Made by a program: the position numbers and the translations under genes. From NCBI GenBank assembly GCA_963716945.1, contig OY970322.1, positions 480,001 through 512,000 of the forward strand: a stretch of 32,000 bases of DNA, read 5' to 3'. Position 1 is the stretch's first letter; every line of letters begins with the position of its first letter. The notes beneath the pieces are model-generated. The model had not been told where the DNA came from, searched no databases, and worked only from the letters and a program-made list of their open reading frames with translations. This DNA comes from Candidatus Saccharimonadota bacterium (GTDB lineage: Bacteria > Patescibacteriota > Saccharimonadia > Saccharimonadales > UBA4665). Below are positions 9,057-17,112 of this stretch, piece by piece.

Positions 9057-10217
9057 ATGTCAAAAACAAAATCAATTGCCGGTTACTATTTCAAGCTACG
9101 CACCCTGTTATTGCTGTTGACGTTAGGCGGTTTGATGGGTGGCGCTGCGATTGCTCACGCCGACCAGTATGATGCTCAGATCAACTCTCTGCAGAACCAG
9201 AACAACCAGACCCAAAGCATTGTAAGCGGCTTGGCGGCCCAGGCGGGTAGTTATCAGGGGGCGATCAATGTCCTGCAAGGCCAAATAAGTTCGCTGCAAG
9301 CAGCTATACAAGCCAACCAAACCAAGCAGACCGCCATGCAGCAGCAGATTACGGCTGACCAGCAGCAGATTGACCAGAAGAAACAACAACTCAGCGCTAC
9401 TATCAAATCCTTGTATATAGACGGCCAGACCTCTACCATCGAAGAACTGGCCAGCAGCAAAAACCTCAGCGACTATGTCGACAAAGAAGAGTACCGCACC
9501 GCTGTCCAAAACGAGTTAGATGCCAGCATTCAAGAGATCGGCGAGCTGCAAACGCAACTGCAGCAGCAAAAAAGCCAACTCGATGTCGTAGTCAAATCCG
9601 AACAGCAGCAGAACGACCTGCTGGCTAGCGACCAATCCCAACAACAACAGATGCTGGCTTACAACCAGGATCAGCAGGCCGCCTACAATGCCCAAATTGC
9701 ATCTAACCAGAGCAAGATAGCTTCGCTTCGTGCGGCCCAGGCTGCCGCAAACCGCCGCCTGGACGGTTCAGGCCAAATCATCACAAGTGGGTCTTGCGGC
9801 GGCAGCTACCCGGCTTCGGCATCCGGGTCTTACGGCCCATGGGGATGCAACTATGCACACACGAGCGATAACGTACCCGGCTGTTCGTATCAAGATAGCT
9901 GGGGCATGTGCAATCGAGAATGCGTTAGTTATACGGCCTGGATGGTATATAAGACGTATGGCATAAACACTACCGGTTTCGGTAACGCCAATCAATGGCC
10001 GGGCAGTGCCGCGCGGGCAGGTATTCCAACCGGAAGCACGCCTAAAGTCGGCTCAGTTGCAATCTACACGGGAGGCGCATTTGGCCATGCGATGTGGGTT
10101 GTCGGCGTAGATGGCGACCAAGTACATGTTTACTCGTATAACGACGAGTATGATGGCAATTTTTATGATCACTGGGTTAGCGCATCCGGTCTGACCTATA
10201 TCTACTTCGGCGGTTAA
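9057..10217 (+). CDS. Secreted coiled-coil + CHAP-domain peptidoglycan hydrolase (PcsB-like); ORF track start 9009
   Basis: From ATG 9057 there is a signal-like N-terminus (MSKTKSIAGYYFKLRTLLLLLTLGGLMGGAAIAHA). About 230 aa of Q-rich heptad-like sequence follows. The C-terminal CHAP signature has a Cys in NRECVSYTAWMV and a His in FGHAMWVVG. Confidence 0.8.
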   Translation: MSKTKSIAGYYFKLRTLLLLLTLGGLMGGAAIAHADQYDAQINSLQNQNNQTQSIVSGLAAQAGSYQGAINVLQGQISSLQAAIQANQTKQTAMQQQITADQQQIDQKKQQLSATIKSLYIDGQTSTIEELASSKNLSDYVDKEEYRTAVQNELDASIQEIGELQTQLQQQKSQLDVVVKSEQQQNDLLASDQSQQQQMLAYNQDQQAAYNAQIASNQSKIASLRAAQAAANRRLDGSGQIITSGSCGGSYPASASGSYGPWGCNYAHTSDNVPGCSYQDSWGMCNRECVSYTAWMVYKTYGINTTGFGNANQWPGSAARAGIPTGSTPKVGSVAIYTGGAFGHAMWVVGVDGDQVHVYSYNDEYDGNFYDHWVSASGLTYIYFGG

Positions 10218-10241
10218 TTTTAGTCCGCTCCCAACCGCGTT

Positions 10242-10250
10242 TGCTATACT
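10242..10250 (+). promoter_or_regulatory. Extended -10 promoter of the ctp gene (TGcTATACT), 8 nt before ATG 10259
   Basis: TG at 10242-10243 and TATACT at 10245-10250. Confidence 0.55.
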
Positions 10251-10258
10251 GAATACCA

Positions 10259-11467
10259 ATGGGTTTAAAACCAAAAGTCGGTAGGCGCAGTCTGCTCCGG
10301 GGAGTACTCGGTTTAGTATTGCTGGTAGCCGTCTTTTTACTCGGCCTGAATTTCGGCAACGGCCGGCTGAGTGTTACCGTGCCGTGGGGCACCAAATCGG
10401 TCGCCGGCAATTTGCCCAACAGCTTGAACTACACCACCGTCAACCAGGTCTACCAGTCGCTCAAGAGTAATTACGACGGCAAGCTGACCCAAACCCAGCT
10501 GCTCGACGGTCTCAAACACGGCCTGGCCGAAGCCGCCAACGACCCTTACACCGTTTATTTCACCCCGCAAGAAGCCAGTGATTTCAACGACGAGTTGAAT
10601 AACTCGTTCAGCGGTATTGGCGCCCAGCTGGGGCAGGACAGCAACGGCAACCTTGAAATAATCGCGCCGATCGCCGGCCTGCCGGCCGACAAAGCCGGCC
10701 TCAAACCCCAGGACGTCATCACTTCCATCAACGGCACCAGCACCAGCGGCATGTCGGTCGACGCCGCCGTTAACAAAATCCGCGGCCCCAAAGGCAGCAA
10801 GGTCACGCTGCAGATTGCGCGCGGTACCCAGACGCTTAATTTCACCATCACCCGCGACAACATAACGCTGCCCAGCGTGACCACCAAGATACTGCCGGGC
10901 AACATCGGTTATATGCAGATCAGCACCTTCGCGGACGATACCGACAGCCTGTCCCAAAAGGCCGCCGACCAGTTCAAAAAAGATAACGTCAAAGGCATTA
11001 TCCTCGACCTGCGCAACGACCCGGGCGGTCTGCTCGACGCCGCCATCCACGTCTCCAGCCTGTGGCTGCCCCAAGGCCAAAAAATCCTCGACGAAAAGCG
11101 CGGCAGCACCGTCGTCAGCACCAATTACGCTTTGGGCGGCGACGAACTGCACGGCATTCCCACGGTAGTCCTAATCAACAGCGGCAGCGCTTCGGCCAGC
11201 GAGATCACGGCCGGCGCCCTGCACGACAACCACGCCGCCTACCTGATCGGCCAGAAGAGTTACGGCAAAGGTGTCGTTCAGCAACTGATTAACTTCGGCG
11301 ACGGCTCGCAGCTCAAGGTCACGGTTGCCAGCTGGTACCGCCCCGATGGCCAGAATATCAACCACCTTGGCATCACCCCGGATAAGACGGTTAACCTGAG
11401 CGACGCCGACGCCAAAGCCGGCAACGACCCGCAGCTTCAAGCCGCCGAAGCCTACCTCGCGCCATAA
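10259..11467 (+). CDS. ctpA: Carboxy-terminal processing protease (S41 family, PDZ-containing)
   Basis: N-terminal membrane anchor, FSGIGAQLG, a PDZ segment (GLPADKAGLKPQDVITSINGTS), the catalytic-Ser region LINSGSASASEI and the Lys region GQKSYGKG. Confidence 0.9.
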   Translation: MGLKPKVGRRSLLRGVLGLVLLVAVFLLGLNFGNGRLSVTVPWGTKSVAGNLPNSLNYTTVNQVYQSLKSNYDGKLTQTQLLDGLKHGLAEAANDPYTVYFTPQEASDFNDELNNSFSGIGAQLGQDSNGNLEIIAPIAGLPADKAGLKPQDVITSINGTSTSGMSVDAAVNKIRGPKGSKVTLQIARGTQTLNFTITRDNITLPSVTTKILPGNIGYMQISTFADDTDSLSQKAADQFKKDNVKGIILDLRNDPGGLLDAAIHVSSLWLPQGQKILDEKRGSTVVSTNYALGGDELHGIPTVVLINSGSASASEITAGALHDNHAAYLIGQKSYGKGVVQQLINFGDGSQLKVTVASWYRPDGQNINHLGITPDKTVNLSDADAKAGNDPQLQAAEAYLAP

Positions 11468-11528
11468 GCCGCCCGGCTTAAGCGTTAGCCTGTAAGATTT
11501 ATAACTGCCGCCTTAAGCTCGGCCCGGC

Positions 11529-11543
11529 ATACTTAATAAGTAT
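11529..11543. promoter_or_regulatory. Perfect 7-1-7 palindrome ATACTTA-A-TAAGTAT (operator-like), 25 nt upstream of ATG 11568
   Basis: Reverse complement of ATACTTA is TAAGTAT; verified base by base. Confidence 0.4.
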
Positions 11544-11567
11544 CAAAAGCTAAAAGGGCATAAACTT

Positions 11568-11900
11568 ATGGGCATAACAGGTTTACCAAACGGCAGCACC
11601 CCCGAAACCGGTCAGCCGGCAGCACCCGAAGCCGGGGAGCCGGAAGCCGGCTTGGCGGCTGCCCCGCAAGTCAGGCCCTTGGACATGGATTTGGCTTCGG
11701 CCGTCTTAGCCGAGGCCAGGAGCCGCCGGCCCGATGTGGCATCCATGCGGCCCGCCCGCGAAACGCCGATGACGCTATCCGGGATCATCGCCAGGACCAT
11801 ACGGCAGCAGCGGACAGAGCGGGCAAGCCGGCGCCCCAGAATAAGTATCGGTGAAGATGCTCCCGAAGCGGCGTCTGACGAACCGCCGGCCGCCGCCTGA
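11568..11900 (+). CDS. Hypothetical low-complexity (P/A/E/R-rich) protein
   Basis: 110-aa ORF in a GC-rich stretch where the antisense frame is also open. There is a weak AAGGG about 11 nt upstream. I recognise no motif. Confidence 0.4.
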   Translation: MGITGLPNGSTPETGQPAAPEAGEPEAGLAAAPQVRPLDMDLASAVLAEARSRRPDVASMRPARETPMTLSGIIARTIRQQRTERASRRPRISIGEDAPEAASDEPPAAA

Positions 11901-11901
11901 G

Positions 11902-11921
11902 CCAAAGCCGCCCAAAGCCGC
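11902..11921. repeat. Perfect tandem direct repeat CCAAAGCCGC x2, abutting the -35 of the next promoter
   Basis: 11902-11911 and 11912-11921 are identical. The repeat lies between the upstream stop (11898-11900) and TTGACA (11926). Confidence 0.9.
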
Positions 11922-11925
11922 TTGT

Positions 11926-11954
11926 TTGACATTTATACCCAAGAATGGTATATT
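11926..11954 (+). promoter_or_regulatory. Near-consensus sigma70-type promoter TTGACA-17-TATATT (with TGg extension), 10 nt before ATG 11965
   Basis: TTGACA at 11926-11931, 17-nt spacer, TATATT at 11949-11954. Confidence 0.7.
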
Positions 11955-11964
11955 TTGTGCCTAC

Positions 11965-12606
11965 ATGAATAATGTTCCAGGAGCCCGCGAAGCCCTCGAT
12001 GGCGACGGCCTTATCCGGCCCGTCGTTTCGGCTTATGGTGGCCCCGCTATCCTTGAAGTTGAGCCGTCAGAAGCCGGTTCCGCCGACCCTATATGCGTCG
12101 ATTTGGTAGATCATCGGGCGGCCCTGACCATCGCCGGCCGGCCTCATATCCGCCCGTTCGGTTTCGAAGCTACGCAAGACGAAGCGTCAATGCTGGGCAT
12201 CGATAGCCGGCACCAGGTCGTCCGAATTCCGCTCCAGGAAATCGCCGGCCTGAGTCTGCGCGGCCGTCTGGCCGATGACAGCGCCGAAAGAGGCTTTCGG
12301 CCGCTGGTATCCTTGGCTTACGAGCGGGGCGGCAATGACGGCTCCGGACCGGTAGACCCGATAGTAGCACTCGAGGGTGTCGGCTTAAGCGTCTCCGGCT
12401 ACCTGGGTTGGCGTCAGACTTGGTATTTCAGAGGCGTCCGGGCCGGCGAATTTAATCCTGCGACCGGCGAGACGGCTTACCTTAGTTTTGACGAACGTGC
12501 CCGCTTAAGCCCTGAAAATTTCCTGGCGCCCCTCTTATCGCTGGTCCGGTCCGTACGGTTAGAAGATAGCCTCGCCGACCCCAGACGCCTTCAAGCTACT
12601 GTTTAA
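11965..12606 (+). CDS. Hypothetical protein (213 aa); ORF track start 11851 rejected
   Basis: The ORF extends upstream to 11851, but a consensus promoter sits inside that extension. ATG 11965 (MNNVPGAREALDG) is the first start after it. No known motif. Confidence 0.65.
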   Translation: MNNVPGAREALDGDGLIRPVVSAYGGPAILEVEPSEAGSADPICVDLVDHRAALTIAGRPHIRPFGFEATQDEASMLGIDSRHQVVRIPLQEIAGLSLRGRLADDSAERGFRPLVSLAYERGGNDGSGPVDPIVALEGVGLSVSGYLGWRQTWYFRGVRAGEFNPATGETAYLSFDERARLSPENFLAPLLSLVRSVRLEDSLADPRRLQATV

Positions 12607-12653
12607 TTTGCCAAACAGAGAGAAATAGCGTAGCATAGAGCAGTTAAGAGAGG

Positions 12654-14261
12654 TTGGCAGTCGTGGCTAAAACGACTAAATATATTTTTGTTACAGGAGG
12701 CGTACTTTCCGGATTAGGGAAGGGTATTACCGCCGCCTCGATCGGCAACCTCCTAAAAGCCCGCGGTCTCCACGTCAACCTCCAGAAATGCGACCCTTAC
12801 CTCAACGTCGACGCCGGCTTGCTCAACCCCCGCGAACACGGTGAGTGTTTCGTCACCAAAGACGGTGCCGAGACCGATCTCGACCTCGGCCATTACGAAC
12901 GGTTCGTCGACGAGGAAATGACTTCCAAGAGCAGCCTGATGAGCGGCCGGGTCCTGCTCAAGCTTATCCAAGACGAACGGGCCGGCAAATTTGACGGCGA
13001 CGACGTCCAGATTATTCCGCATTTGACCGGTGCTATCCAAGACTGGATCATCAAGGCCGGCGAAGGCTTCGACGTCCATATCGTCGAAATCGGCGGCACC
13101 GTCGGCGACTACGAATCCTTGGCCTTCGTCGAGGCCATCCGTGAACTAGGCGTCAAGGTAGGCCTTGATAACTGCGTTTACGTCCATGTCGTCTACTTGC
13201 CATACCTCGGTGCCAGCAACGAAACCAAGACCAAGCCGGCCCAGAATTCGGTCCGCGAACTCCGGGGCCTGGGCATCGCCCCGGACATCCTGGTCGGCCG
13301 CAGCGAAAAACCGGCCGGCGCCTCCGCCAAACGCAAACTCAGCCTGTTCAGCGGCGTCCCCGAAGAAGCCATCGCCTTATTGCCCAATGCCCGCAGCATC
13401 TACCAGGTGCCGTTAACGCTCGAAGACACCGGCATCGCCGACGTTATTACCAATCACCTCGGCCTCAAGACCAAGAAACCGGACCTCAAAGGCTGGCGCG
13501 CCGTGGTCGAACGGGCGACCGCCGATTACGACCGCACGCTCAAGATCGGTTTCGTCGCCAAATACATGGATAACACCGACACCTATATGTCGGTTTTCGA
13601 AGCTCTCAAATCAGCCGCTTGGCACAACCAGTGCGCCGTCGACATTACCTGGATCGACGCCTCCAAGCTCGACGAGCCGGGCGCCGACGTCGACAAGGCC
13701 CTGTCCGGCTATGACGGCATCGTCGTGCCCGGCGGTTTCGGCAAGCGCAGCCTGGAGGGCAAAATCAAGGCCGCCCAATACGCCCTCAAACAAAAGCTGC
13801 CATACCTCGGCCTTTGCCTCGGCCTCCAGATGGCCGTCATCGCCGCCGCCCGCAACGCCGGCCTGGCCGACGCCACCACCTTTGAGCTCGACGGCGACGC
13901 CAAGAACCCGGTCATAACCACCATGGCCGGCCAGAGCGACAAGCATATGACCGGCGGCACCATGCGCCTCGGCGACTACAACTGCGAACTGGAGAAGGGC
14001 AGCCTGGCCGCCAAAGTCTACGGTACTACCAAGATTGTCGAGCGCCACCGCCACCGCGGCGAATGCAACAACGCCTACCGCGACCAGTACGAATCCTGGG
14101 GTATCCGGGCAACCGGCATCAACCCCGACAACAACCTCGTCGAAGTCATCGAAGGCATCGACCACCCATTCCTGCTGGCCAGCCAGTTCCACCCCGAGTT
14201 CAAGAGCCGCCCCAACCGGCCGCATCCGATGTTCGCCGGCTTCATCAAAGCCATGCTTTAG
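12654..14261 (+). CDS. pyrG: CTP synthase
   Basis: KYIFVTGGVLSGLGKGI synthetase N-terminus. The GATase domain has LGLCLGLQ (nucleophile Cys) and HRHR..HPEF. The start is ambiguous: TTG 12654, or GTG 12663, which lies 10 nt after AAGAGAGG. Confidence 0.93.
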   Translation: MAVVAKTTKYIFVTGGVLSGLGKGITAASIGNLLKARGLHVNLQKCDPYLNVDAGLLNPREHGECFVTKDGAETDLDLGHYERFVDEEMTSKSSLMSGRVLLKLIQDERAGKFDGDDVQIIPHLTGAIQDWIIKAGEGFDVHIVEIGGTVGDYESLAFVEAIRELGVKVGLDNCVYVHVVYLPYLGASNETKTKPAQNSVRELRGLGIAPDILVGRSEKPAGASAKRKLSLFSGVPEEAIALLPNARSIYQVPLTLEDTGIADVITNHLGLKTKKPDLKGWRAVVERATADYDRTLKIGFVAKYMDNTDTYMSVFEALKSAAWHNQCAVDITWIDASKLDEPGADVDKALSGYDGIVVPGGFGKRSLEGKIKAAQYALKQKLPYLGLCLGLQMAVIAAARNAGLADATTFELDGDAKNPVITTMAGQSDKHMTGGTMRLGDYNCELEKGSLAAKVYGTTKIVERHRHRGECNNAYRDQYESWGIRATGINPDNNLVEVIEGIDHPFLLASQFHPEFKSRPNRPHPMFAGFIKAML

Positions 14262-14296
14262 CCGGCAGGTTGCCATTTCGCGGCGCCTACGCTAAC

Positions 14297-14743
14297 ATGA
14301 GCAGTATGGAAGAACCAGCCTCTAGCCCCGCCCCCCAGCCGATTGCCGAACCCGCCAAAGATACCTCCAAAAACCTCCAGCGTATCCTCCTCGTCGAAGA
14401 CGACGACGCCCTGGCCAATGTTTACGTTACCCGGCTCCAGGCCGAAGGCTTCGACGTCCGCCGAGTTAACAACGGCGAAGAGGCCCTGGCGACCGCTCTA
14501 AGCTACAAGCCCAATCTGATTGTCCTCGATGTCATGATGCCCAAAGTCAGCGGCTTCGACGTCCTCGACATCCTGCGCAATACGCCGGAGACGGCCAACC
14601 TCAAGATCATCATGCTGACCGCCCTCAGCCAGGCCAGCGACCAGGAACGCGCCAAATCCCTCGGCGCCGACGACTACCTCGTCAAATCCCAGGTCGTCAT
14701 CGCCGACGTCATCGACCGCATCCGCCACCACCTCGGCAGCTAA
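14297..14743 (+). CDS. Single-domain CheY-like response-regulator receiver (canonical residues intact); ORF track start 14063 rejected
   Basis: LLVEDDD, IVLDVMMP (phospho-Asp), IMLTA and YLVKS are all present, and there is no output domain. The longer ORF overlaps pyrG in another frame. ATG 14306 is an alternative start, 7 nt after a candidate TTGCCA-17-TAACAT promoter. Confidence 0.85.
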   Translation: MSSMEEPASSPAPQPIAEPAKDTSKNLQRILLVEDDDALANVYVTRLQAEGFDVRRVNNGEEALATALSYKPNLIVLDVMMPKVSGFDVLDILRNTPETANLKIIMLTALSQASDQERAKSLGADDYLVKSQVVIADVIDRIRHHLGS

Positions 14744-14785
14744 ATTTACCAAGCTCTGTCACCCGACTAAAACCAGACCTCATTA

Positions 14786-14814
14786 TTGACAATGTGTTCA
14801 ATATTTGCTATTAT
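14786..14814 (+). promoter_or_regulatory. Near-consensus promoter TTGACA-17-TATTAT (TGc extension) for the FHA gene; 35-nt AT-rich leader
   Basis: TTGACA at 14786-14791 and TATTAT at 14809-14814. Confidence 0.65.
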
Positions 14815-14849
14815 ATGTCTAAAGTTAATTTTAAAAATAAGAAAAAACT

Positions 14850-15509
14850 ATGACAGAACCCACAGCCCCAGCATTCCCATCAGACCACTTTGAATTCCAA
14901 GCCCCGGACGGATTAGCCTTTGAAACGCTTGATCCGGCAAGGAGAGCAGTTATCAATCCCGGCTCTCCAATGGTTGACGAGGGAAGTTATAAGGTCCTAG
15001 CGGAAATCCAGCTGGGCGGTGACGATGACTTTTTGCTGCTCGACGTGCGTGAAAGCCCTCTGGTAGGCCGCTTTGCTTTCCCGTTTGCGGGCTCGGTAGA
15101 GGGTGACAGTATGGCTCTAAGCCCGGGGGTCGACTTTCTTCTGGTCGGCAAGGGCTTTGACCCAGCTAACACCGATATTACTGACGAAACCGGCTACAAA
15201 GCGTTGAGGCAGGGCCAGCCCGTAACCCTTGGACGGACTCATTACGGTGACCGCTTTGACTATTCTGACGAAACTTCCCGCGAGCATGCCGAGGTATCAT
15301 TTGATGATTCTGGCAAGATCACTGTACGCGATCTTAATTCCACAAACGGAACCCGGGTAAAAGCTAGGTCAATCAGGCAAGTTAGCGAGGCAGACTATCT
15401 TACCGATCTTCAAACTGCCGGTTCGCTCAGTGACCATGAACGAAGCGTTCTTAGAGCCCGACTTAAAGGTATAAGAACTCAAAAAGCCCGTGACTTATTC
15501 GGCCATTAG
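14850..15509 (+). CDS. FHA-domain protein with an uncharacterised N-terminal domain
   Basis: C-terminal FHA signature: VTLGRTHYGD...SREHAEVSFDDSGKITVRDLNSTNGTRV (the G-R, S-x-x-H and N-G landmarks). The N-terminal ~120 aa contain no motif I know. Confidence 0.8.
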   Translation: MTEPTAPAFPSDHFEFQAPDGLAFETLDPARRAVINPGSPMVDEGSYKVLAEIQLGGDDDFLLLDVRESPLVGRFAFPFAGSVEGDSMALSPGVDFLLVGKGFDPANTDITDETGYKALRQGQPVTLGRTHYGDRFDYSDETSREHAEVSFDDSGKITVRDLNSTNGTRVKARSIRQVSEADYLTDLQTAGSLSDHERSVLRARLKGIRTQKARDLFGH

Positions 15510-15539
15510 GCCACCTGTTGAATCCAGTTTAGTATATTA

Positions 15540-15812
15540 TTACTCGACGGTAACTTCGGTCCGGCTGACGGAACGGCCGCTGAAGAGGCGGACTTTGCGC
15601 TGTTTGTAGGTGACGACGCCGTCGCGGGCGGCGTGGATCGTGAAATTGCGGCTGACTTTGGTGCCGACGCCGCCGCGCTTGCTCATGCCGACCTGGCGGA
15701 CGATGACTTGGCCGGTCTTGACTTTCTGGCCGCCGAACAGCTTGACGCCTAGGCGCTGGCCAGGGGAGTCGTGGATGTTTTTGGCGGTACCGCCGGCTTT
15801 GACGTGGGACAT
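15540..15812 (-). CDS. rpmA: 50S ribosomal protein L27
   Basis: MSHVKAGGTAKNIHDSPGQRLGVK... is the L27 N-terminus. 90 aa. AAGGAAG lies 4 nt upstream of the start, within the end of the preceding gene. Confidence 0.95.
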   Translation of the reverse strand: MSHVKAGGTAKNIHDSPGQRLGVKLFGGQKVKTGQVIVRQVGMSKRGGVGTKVSRNFTIHAARDGVVTYKQRKVRLFSGRSVSRTEVTVE

Positions 15813-15813
15813 G

Positions 15814-17052
15814 TTACTTCCTTGTGATTACTAGGAGCTGGCGGGCGACGATTTGATTGTCTCTATAGTAGACTAAATCGGCGTCCCGGGCATGCTCAAA
15901 ACTGACTCGATTATAGCCCAGATCGGCAATCTGGTCAATAAGGGGTAGGTGCTTAAATTGTCCGGCCCTGGTCTGCCAGGCCGGCACCGCCAGGCACAAA
16001 CGGGTACCGGGCGCGAGCTGGCCGTGGATATTAGCCAGGAACTTTTTGATTATCAAATTGCAGTCCGAGGCCGTTTGGGCCAAAACTGCGGGCGGGGGCG
16101 GGGCGGTGAATGGCCGGCCGAGGTAGGTTTCACTGGCAACCAGGTCGGGCGGCCGGGGCCATTTATACTGGGTGGCGTCAGCGGCCGCCAAGTCGTAAGC
16201 CGTGGCTTCAAGGCCGTAGACGCCTTCCAGCCAGCTGATATTATCCCTGGTGTAATCGACCATGCGGGCTTCCAGGTCGCTGCCGGCGATGCCGTAACCC
16301 ATCAGCAAGGCCTCCTGCAGGATAACGCCGGTGCCGCAGAAAGGGTCGAGCACGGTTTGGCCGAGAATGGGGCGGGGAACCGGTTGGCCGGCCGGGATGT
16401 CGCAGATCGATTCCAGCTTTTGCTCGGGGATCGGGCCGGCGGCCAGGTTGATGATAGTCTGGGCCAGTTTGGGCGGCAACATACCGACTTTGGCGTCGCG
16501 CTTGGGGCGGCCGCGGTCGCGCCGGGCGTAGGCTTCGATATCCTGGACTTTGACGGTTTGGGCAACGATGGTTTGGCCGCCGTCACGGATAAAAACCAGC
16601 TCCCAGCCGTTCGGTCCGGCGAGCTTATTGTGCAGCACCTGGGCGCTGTTGAGGTCGGCGGTCTGGTTGGGTATCAGGCGGACGGGGCGGCCGGTCTTAC
16701 GGATGGCTTTCTTCAAGCTGAGGCCGGTGGCCGTGATGCGTTGGGTACTTTCGTTGAAACCGTAGAGACTGAGGCCGAGCTGCATTTTGCCCTCGGGCAT
16801 CTGTTGGCTGTGGCCGGGGGAGACTTGCAGTAAGAACTTTTCAACCTGTCCCCAGTTCGTAGTCTCCAGCATGGTTAGGATCTTGCAAAACTTAAGGCTG
16901 CCGCCTAAGCGGTCAAAGGCCAGCAAACAGGGGTCAACGTCAACCACGGCGGCGCCCGGCCCGGCCGGTTTCAGCTTGTCCGAGCCGTATAGGCTCTCCA
17001 GCTCGGCCAGCCCCAGCGCCGGCTGCCGGCCCAAAATCAACAAACTTTGCAT
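15814..17052 (-). CDS. SAM-dependent methyltransferase, UPF0020/Trm11-like (putative RNA methyltransferase)
   Basis: MLPPKLAQTIINLA, followed by motif I VLDPFCGTGVILQEA and the acidic GSDLE. The position of the usual (D/N)PPY motif reads SETY. The stop lies 1 nt before the rpmA start. Confidence 0.65.
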   Translation of the reverse strand: MQSLLILGRQPALGLAELESLYGSDKLKPAGPGAAVVDVDPCLLAFDRLGGSLKFCKILTMLETTNWGQVEKFLLQVSPGHSQQMPEGKMQLGLSLYGFNESTQRITATGLSLKKAIRKTGRPVRLIPNQTADLNSAQVLHNKLAGPNGWELVFIRDGGQTIVAQTVKVQDIEAYARRDRGRPKRDAKVGMLPPKLAQTIINLAAGPIPEQKLESICDIPAGQPVPRPILGQTVLDPFCGTGVILQEALLMGYGIAGSDLEARMVDYTRDNISWLEGVYGLEATAYDLAAADATQYKWPRPPDLVASETYLGRPFTAPPPPAVLAQTASDCNLIIKKFLANIHGQLAPGTRLCLAVPAWQTRAGQFKHLPLIDQIADLGYNRVSFEHARDADLVYYRDNQIVARQLLVITRK

Positions 17053-17058
17053 GTTTTT

Positions 17059-17064
17059 AGTATA
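17059..17064 (-). promoter_or_regulatory. -10 box TATACT (minus strand), 6 nt before the ATG of the methyltransferase-rpmA unit
   Basis: Plus-strand AGTATA at 17059-17064. Divergent from the 17113 gene promoter within a 60-bp gap. Confidence 0.5.
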
Positions 17065-17095
17065 GCGGTTCGGCGTGCGCGTCTATAATTGTCTC

Positions 17096-17104
17096 TGTTA
17101 TACT
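17096..17104 (+). promoter_or_regulatory. Extended -10 promoter (TGtTATACT), 8 nt before ATG 17113
   Basis: TG at 17096-17097 and TATACT at 17099-17104. A second TATAAT lies at 17084-17089. Confidence 0.55.
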
Positions 17105-17112
17105 GAAGGTCT

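Noticed and set aside
11461-11485. Short hairpin AAGCC-gccc-GGCTT right after the ctp stop codon, considered as a terminator.
   Set aside because: A 5-bp stem with no following T-run is too weak to call.
12654-12665. Considered pyrG as another leaderless gene.
   Set aside because: The candidate promoter TTGCCA-17-TAGCAT (12608-12636) leaves a leader containing AAGAGAGG. The gene most likely uses a conventional SD, with GTG 12663 or TTG 12654 as the start.
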